Shown piece after piece: positions 62,201-64,000 of a stretch of 64,000 nucleotides of DNA (positions are counted from its first letter, which is position 1; every line of letters starts with the position of its first letter). The stretch is from Mobula hypostoma (taxonomy: Eukaryota): positions 203,610,001-203,674,000 of the forward strand of contig NC_086100.1 of NCBI RefSeq assembly GCF_963921235.1. Reading direction: 5' to 3'. The notes under the pieces are model-generated. The model was not told where the DNA came from. It worked only from the letters and a program-made list of their open reading frames with translations, and ran no database searches. Made by a program: the position numbers and the translations under genes.

Positions 62201-62316
62201 GAACGAGCATCGGCGGTGTTGGGTGTGGCGGTGAAACGCAGTGGGGGGTGGGCTCTTCCTCACCTTCTCTTGGGCCGGCAAGAAATCCTGGGTCAGGGAC
62301 ACGACGCGGAACCGCA
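3032..62316 (-). CDS. A2M-like: Alpha-2-macroglobulin family protease inhibitor (A2M/A2ML1/PZP-like), partial multi-exon gene, exons equivalent to human A2M 4-18
   Basis: 15 exons with GT-AG boundaries join in frame (1801 nt). Family motifs read directly: [102 protein letters not shown]. Exact orthologue not determinable by eye. Confidence 0.95.
3638..4857 (-). mobile_element. CR1 LINE 3' fragment with a short endonuclease-region piece, inserted in copy C of the old CR1 fragment
   Basis: ORFs [13 protein letters not shown] and [15 protein letters not shown]; tail repeats at 3638-3670. Confidence 0.9.
5248..7337 (+). mobile_element. CR1 LINE, 5'-truncated ORF2 with frameshifts
   Basis: [34 protein letters not shown]; (TTTCTATG)-type tail; same subfamily as 52909-56810. 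Confidence 0.95.
8422..9700 (-). mobile_element. Penelope-like retroelement 3' part (GIY-YIG endonuclease)
   Basis: [40 protein letters not shown]; flanked by cttgagcct (8413-8421) and ctcgagcct (9701-9709). Confidence 0.92.
8519..8554 (-). ncRNA. Minimal type I hammerhead ribozyme motif in the Penelope-like element
   Basis: Minus strand AGTC-CTGACGA-AGGGTCCCGGCCC-GAA-ACGT-C-GACT: stem I, conserved core, stem II, palindromic ACGT, cleavage C. Confidence 0.85.
12527..13198 (+). mobile_element. Penelope-like retroelement 3' fragment, same family as 8422-9700
   Basis: [27 protein letters not shown]; flanking cctaggtgcagg (12515-12526) and cctaagtgcagg (13199-13210). Confidence 0.92.
13103..13138 (+). 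ncRNA. Hammerhead ribozyme motif with mutated helix-III palindrome
   Basis: AGTC-CTGACGA-AGGGTCTCGACCC-GAA-AGGT-C-GACT. Confidence 0.7.
13725..13830 (-). CDS. A2M-like: A2M-like exon (exon 17 equivalent, 106 nt): [35 protein letters not shown], start of bait region
   Basis: CATAG acceptor, GTAAGT donor, phase 0 to 1; MGLKxFT motif. Confidence 0.93.
13880..14650. repeat. CT-rich low-complexity tract
   Basis: Almost purely pyrimidine on the + strand. Confidence 0.85.
14709..14858 (-). CDS. A2M-like: A2M-like exon (exon 16 equivalent, 150 nt): [50 protein letters not shown]
   Basis: TGCAG acceptor, GTATCT donor, phase 0-0; complex coding island between two low-complexity tracts. Confidence 0.9.
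14865..15720. repeat. GA-rich low-complexity tract
   Basis: Almost purely purine on the + strand. Confidence 0.85.
16000..16149 (-). CDS. A2M-like: A2M-like exon (exon 15 equivalent, 150 nt): [13 protein letters not shown]...[25 protein letters not shown]
   Basis: CCCAG acceptor, GTAAGT donor, phase 0-0; [10 protein letters not shown] motif. Confidence 0.96.
16569..16646. repeat. Compound (TA)n(TG)n microsatellite
   Basis: Read directly. Confidence 0.95.
16660..17604 (+). mobile_element. Rex1/Babar-type LINE 3' fragment
   Basis: [47 protein letters not shown] followed by (TATGAC)n tail. Confidence 0.88.
18838..18977 (-). CDS. A2M-like: A2M-like exon (exon 14 equivalent, 140 nt): (G)[46 protein letters not shown]
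   Basis: CGCAG acceptor, GTGAGA donor, phase 1 to 0. Confidence 0.95.
19741..20212 (-). mobile_element. CR1 LINE 3' end
   Basis: Reverse complement of about 22035-22504. Confidence 0.9.
20213..22504 (+). mobile_element. CR1 LINE ORF2 fragment with an internal deletion near 21592
   Basis: [34 protein letters not shown] jumps from GINIE directly to DTK; TATATGGTTATATA tail. Confidence 0.92.
24822..26370 (-). mobile_element. CR1 LINE fragment
   Basis: [37 protein letters not shown]. Confidence 0.9.
27332..27395 (-). CDS. A2M-like: A2M-like exon (exon 13 equivalent, 64 nt): [21 protein letters not shown](G)
   Basis: TGCAG acceptor, GTAGGA donor, phase 0 to 1; MARGKI resembles human MAKGGI. 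Confidence 0.9.
27420..28735. repeat. About 60-nt tandem minisatellite (GAGGTTGGACAAGTGGTCTGGTACAGGAGGGGAGGAGAGAG) with a terminal inverted unit
   Basis: About 20 degenerate units; 28681-28733 is a reverse-complement unit after a (CT)n run. Confidence 0.9.
29072..29240 (+). repeat. 4 x 42-nt tandem repeat derived from CR1 ORF2
   Basis: Unit agagagggtgcagaggagattcaccaggatgctgcctggatt, the [14 protein letters not shown] segment of CR1. Confidence 0.85.
29298..30728 (+). mobile_element. Rex1/Babar-type LINE 3' fragment (second family)
   Basis: [58 protein letters not shown] plus (AATCT)n tail. Confidence 0.9.
31443..31670 (-). CDS. A2M-like: A2M-like exon (exon 12 equivalent, 228 nt): AIYHLQHED...[11 protein letters not shown]...ELPC...LEVFQL
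   Basis: CCTAG acceptor, GTGAGG donor, phase 0-0, open frame. Confidence 0.93.
31845..32330 (-). mobile_element. Degenerate Penelope-like 3' fragment; a related remnant lies at about 39650-40075
   Basis: cacaaaatgctg...cccttcttcaggact resembles 8468-8554; gaaatcgatgttgatgccatc resembles 8943-8962. Confidence 0.65.
33239..33400 (-). CDS. A2M-like: A2M-like exon (exon 11 equivalent, 162 nt): [18 protein letters not shown]...[14 protein letters not shown]
   Basis: GGCAG acceptor, GTGAGT donor, phase 0-0. Confidence 0.92.
34155..34264 (-). CDS. A2M-like: A2M-like exon (exon 10 equivalent, 110 nt): (G)[36 protein letters not shown]
   Basis: CACAG acceptor, GTAGAG donor, phase 1 to 0. Confidence 0.92.
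34888..34999 (-). CDS. A2M-like: A2M-like exon (exon 9 equivalent, 112 nt): [37 protein letters not shown](G)
   Basis: CTCAG acceptor, GTTAGG donor, phase 0 to 1; GC...EEDGTG pattern. Confidence 0.92.
35263..36358 (-). mobile_element. CR1 LINE 3' fragment, same subfamily as 3638-4735
   Basis: [21 protein letters not shown]; (GAAACATA)n tail. Confidence 0.92.
36850..37010 (+). mobile_element. HE1/V-SINE-like fragment
   Basis: ctgtgtggagtttgtacgttctccccgtgac...ccagtttccgcccac...gggttaattgg matches the V-SINE core as I recall it. Confidence 0.7.
37572..37677 (-). CDS. A2M-like: A2M-like exon (exon 8 equivalent, 106 nt): [35 protein letters not shown]
   Basis: CCAG acceptor, GTTAGT donor, phase 2 to 0; YTYGKP motif. 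Confidence 0.93.
37720..38792. repeat. About 52-nt tandem minisatellite filling the intron between exon-7 and exon-8 equivalents
   Basis: Unit ccgtcccatcacacactcccggggtcagacacagagtgaaactcccctccaca, about 20 copies. Confidence 0.92.
38839..38923 (-). CDS. A2M-like: A2M-like exon (exon 7 equivalent, 85 nt): (V)[27 protein letters not shown](R)
   Basis: TGCAG acceptor, GTAAGC donor, phase 1 to 2; VLPKFEV motif. Confidence 0.95.
40261..40426 (-). CDS. A2M-like: A2M-like exon (exon 6 equivalent, 166 nt): [10 protein letters not shown]...HSFTVEEY
   Basis: CCCCAG acceptor, GTGAGC donor, phase 0 to 1; A2M MG2 motif. Confidence 0.95.
41684..43047 (+). pseudogene. I/Nimb LINE ORF1 (gag-like nucleic-acid-binding protein) with one premature stop at 42817-42819
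   Basis: [15 protein letters not shown]...CARCGGDH...C...CCNCGGAH...C; the same frame resumes to 43047. Confidence 0.85.
43056..47540 (+). pseudogene. I/Nimb LINE ORF2 (APE, RT, RNase H), with frameshifts near 44450 and 45150 and a CR1 insertion
   Basis: [91 protein letters not shown]. Confidence 0.9.
45367..46088 (+). mobile_element. Young CR1 3' fragment inserted in the I/Nimb ORF2
   Basis: Open 199-aa CR1 C-terminus and (TTTCTATG)n tail; host frame KCKKV-I-NVMRCL is restored when it is removed. Confidence 0.95.
48372..48500. repeat. 3.3 x 39-nt tandem repeat inside the solo LTR
   Basis: ccaagcctcgagggtcccgcggccaagctccagggacgt. Confidence 0.9.
49826..50106 (+). mobile_element. Short CR1 3' fragment, same young subfamily
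   Basis: Near-identical to 45800-46088. Confidence 0.92.
51290..59100 (+). mobile_element. Near full-length CR1 LINE (outer element; pieces about 51290-52908 and 56811-59100) with zinc-finger/coiled-coil and SGNH esterase ORF1
   Basis: [40 protein letters not shown]2 FLSQY continues as [13 protein letters not shown] after the inner element; (CTATGTT)-like tail. Confidence 0.92.
52909..56810 (+). mobile_element. Near full-length young CR1 LINE (inner element), truncated in ORF1
   Basis: [21 protein letters not shown] esterase motifs; 413-aa open RT block 55045-56286; TATG at both junctions (52905-52908, 56807-56810). Confidence 0.95.
60101..60855. mobile_element. Penelope-like element (second family) with inverted pseudo-LTR arrangement
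   Basis: 60101-60412 is a diverged reverse complement of 60540-60855; plus arm encodes YPEKSVVAE and [17 protein letters not shown] (GIY-YIG C-terminus), then TATAAAT and a hammerhead motif. Confidence 0.8.
60764..60805 (+). ncRNA. Minimal hammerhead ribozyme motif
   Basis: ATCC-CTGATGA-AGATGGCAGACTTTTCATC-GAA-ACGT-C-GGTT; stem II GATGG/TCATC; one mismatch in stem I. Confidence 0.72.
61433..61453 (-). CDS. A2M-like: A2M-like 21-nt micro-exon (exon 5 equivalent): YQLITLW
   Basis: Pyrimidine-rich tract + TGCAG acceptor, GTGAGT donor, phase 0-0; fills the gap between ...AQEK and DPQRNRI...; human counterpart IPLVYIQ is, as I recall, also 21 nt. Confidence 0.85.
62264..62316 (-). CDS. A2M-like: A2M-like exon (exon 4 equivalent, 53 nt): (V)[17 protein letters not shown]
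   Basis: CCAG acceptor, GTGAG donor, phase 1 to 0; resembles human VKFRVVSMDENFHPLNEL. Confidence 0.92.
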
Positions 62317-63034
62317 CTGGAAGGCAAAGCGCAGAGTGAGACACCGGAAGGAACGATCCCTGACCCCTGACCTTCCCAGAAGGTGATGAACCCAATAACT
62401 CTTCCACCACCCTCCTAACACACACAAATGCCGAGAGCGGCGGGAGGGGACATGGTCAAACGCCTTCTGACCTTTCACCTCCTGAGACCTGAGGCCAATT
62501 CCTGGAAGATAGGAGGCCAGAAGGTCCTCGTCTGCTCCTACTTTGCCCAGTGTTAATCTCGGTTCGAGGGTTGCAAAGCATGGAAACCGCCCTTTGGCCA
62601 AACCTCACACAGTGAATCCTCGCCCCCATCTGAGCCGGTTCTCTCTGCCCCCCCCCGGTTCATCCCGCTTCGCTCTAATCCCCTACTTTCCAACTTTGCT
62701 TATACCATCGACCACTACCATTAGGCAAGTGGTCCATAGACACCAGGTTGGGAATCCCTGCTCTAAACCATCCCTATCCGTGTCCATGTTGGAGTGTTGT
62801 TAATGTCCCTGCCTCAACCATTTCCTCTGGCAGCCCGTTCCACAGACGGACCACCATATCCCTCTAAACCTTTCCTCTCCGTGTCCCTATCCAGTGTGGT
62901 GTTAATGTCCCTGCCTCTACCACTTGCTCTTGCAGCTCGTACCACAGACAGAGCACCCTCTGAGTGAAAATATTGCTCCTTGGGTCCCTGATAATTTGAG
63001 GTCATGGGTTAAGGGTAAAAGATGAAATCTTTAA

Positions 63035-63503
63035 CCCTTACATACTGTTCATTTTCTTTACCTGCACAGCATGGTCCTGTTCAATTTTGACCCGACCCCT
63101 GAATCCCCTTATAAATACCAAATTTTGACCAGCGGTACTTGAAGTGCCGTCTGCCTCTTCCCCATGAGCATTGTTACAGTGATACAGCGTGCGACAGATC
63201 GATGTAGAATGGAATTAGCCTATCTGACATTAATAAATGGGTGATTCGTCCTTAATTAATGTTTCAGAGATCTAAAATCCATTTCAACAGATACGTGTCA
63301 AATTTGACCCAGAGCAGCTTCAATGTACAAAATTTTGTAGCACTTGTACAAAAGTATAACATTTTAAAATATTTTCATTTTTGCGCATTAGGTTCGTTTT
63401 AGGAAAGTCATCAAATTTCGGCTAAAAAAAATGGCATTTAGGGTGTTTTTACTGCTGTCAAATGTCGAAACGGTTCAATTTTGACCCGAACAGTATGTAA
63501 GGG
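63035..63503. mobile_element. piggyBac-type MITE (469 bp)
   Basis: Perfect 16-bp TIR cccttacatactgttc / gaacagtatgtaaggg; TTAA at 63031-63034 and 63504-63507; inserted in a CR1 3' remnant. Confidence 0.92.
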
Positions 63504-63702
63504 TTAAGGGGGGGAACTCCTCACTCAGTGGAATGAGCTGCCAGCACAAGTGGTCGATGACACTTCGATTTCAATATTTAAGAGAGGTTTGGATTGGTAC
63601 ATGGATGGGACTGTCATGGAGGGCTAGGATCTAACTGCACGCTGACGGGACTAGGCAGATTGATAGTTCAGCGCAGACTAGGGGCTGAAGGGGCTGTTGC
63701 TT

Positions 63703-64000
63703 ATAGAACATAGAACATAGAATAGTACAGCACAGTACAGGCCCTTTGGCCCACAATGTTGTGCCAACCCTCAAACCCTACCTCAAATATAAGCCCCCAC
63801 CTTAGATTCCTCCATATACCTGTCTAGTAGTCTCTTAAACTTCACTAGTGTATCTGCCTCCACCACTGACTCAGGCAGTGTATTCCACGCACCAACCACT
63901 CTCTGAGTAAAAAACCTTCCTCTAATATCCCCCTTGAACTTCCCACCTCTTACCTTAAAGCCATGTCCTCTTGTATTGAGCAGTGGTGCCCTGGGGAAGA
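63703..64000 (-). mobile_element. CR1 LINE 3' end (runs off the window), same subfamily as 58800-59100
   Basis: Near-identical reverse complement of 58806-59100; (AGAACAT)n tail. Confidence 0.93.

Noticed and set aside
62317..64000. Exon 3 (TDKPIYKPGQ motif) of the A2M-like gene
   Set aside because: Not found on the minus strand here; it presumably lies beyond the window end.

Overview
Eukaryotic (vertebrate) genomic DNA, most likely a cartilaginous fish such as a ray or shark. This is inferred from the repeat content: dense CR1 LINEs, an HE1/V-SINE-like fragment, Penelope-like elements and Rex1/Babar. The whole window lies inside one minus-strand alpha-2-macroglobulin-family gene. Fifteen GT-AG exons (62316 down to 3032, 1801 nt, about 600 codons) splice in frame and match human A2M exons 4-18 in sequence, phase and mostly size, including a 21-nt micro-exon. 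Exons 1-3 and 19 onward lie outside the window. The most interesting signal is a tandem array of the bait-region exon (exon-18 equivalent, ending [16 protein letters not shown]): one intact copy (3032-3179), two decayed copies with different bait sequences (1-151 and about 12515-13383), and duplicated intron units that appear to have lost their exon. The array runs off the window edge. The protein also lacks both cysteines that make the human inter-chain disulfide. Introns hold nested mobile elements (CR1 > solo LTR > RNase H-bearing I/Nimb LINE > CR1; CR1 inside CR1), Penelope-like elements with minimal hammerhead ribozymes, a piggyBac MITE and several minisatellites. Most short ORFs in the supplied track are repeat or low-complexity artefacts.
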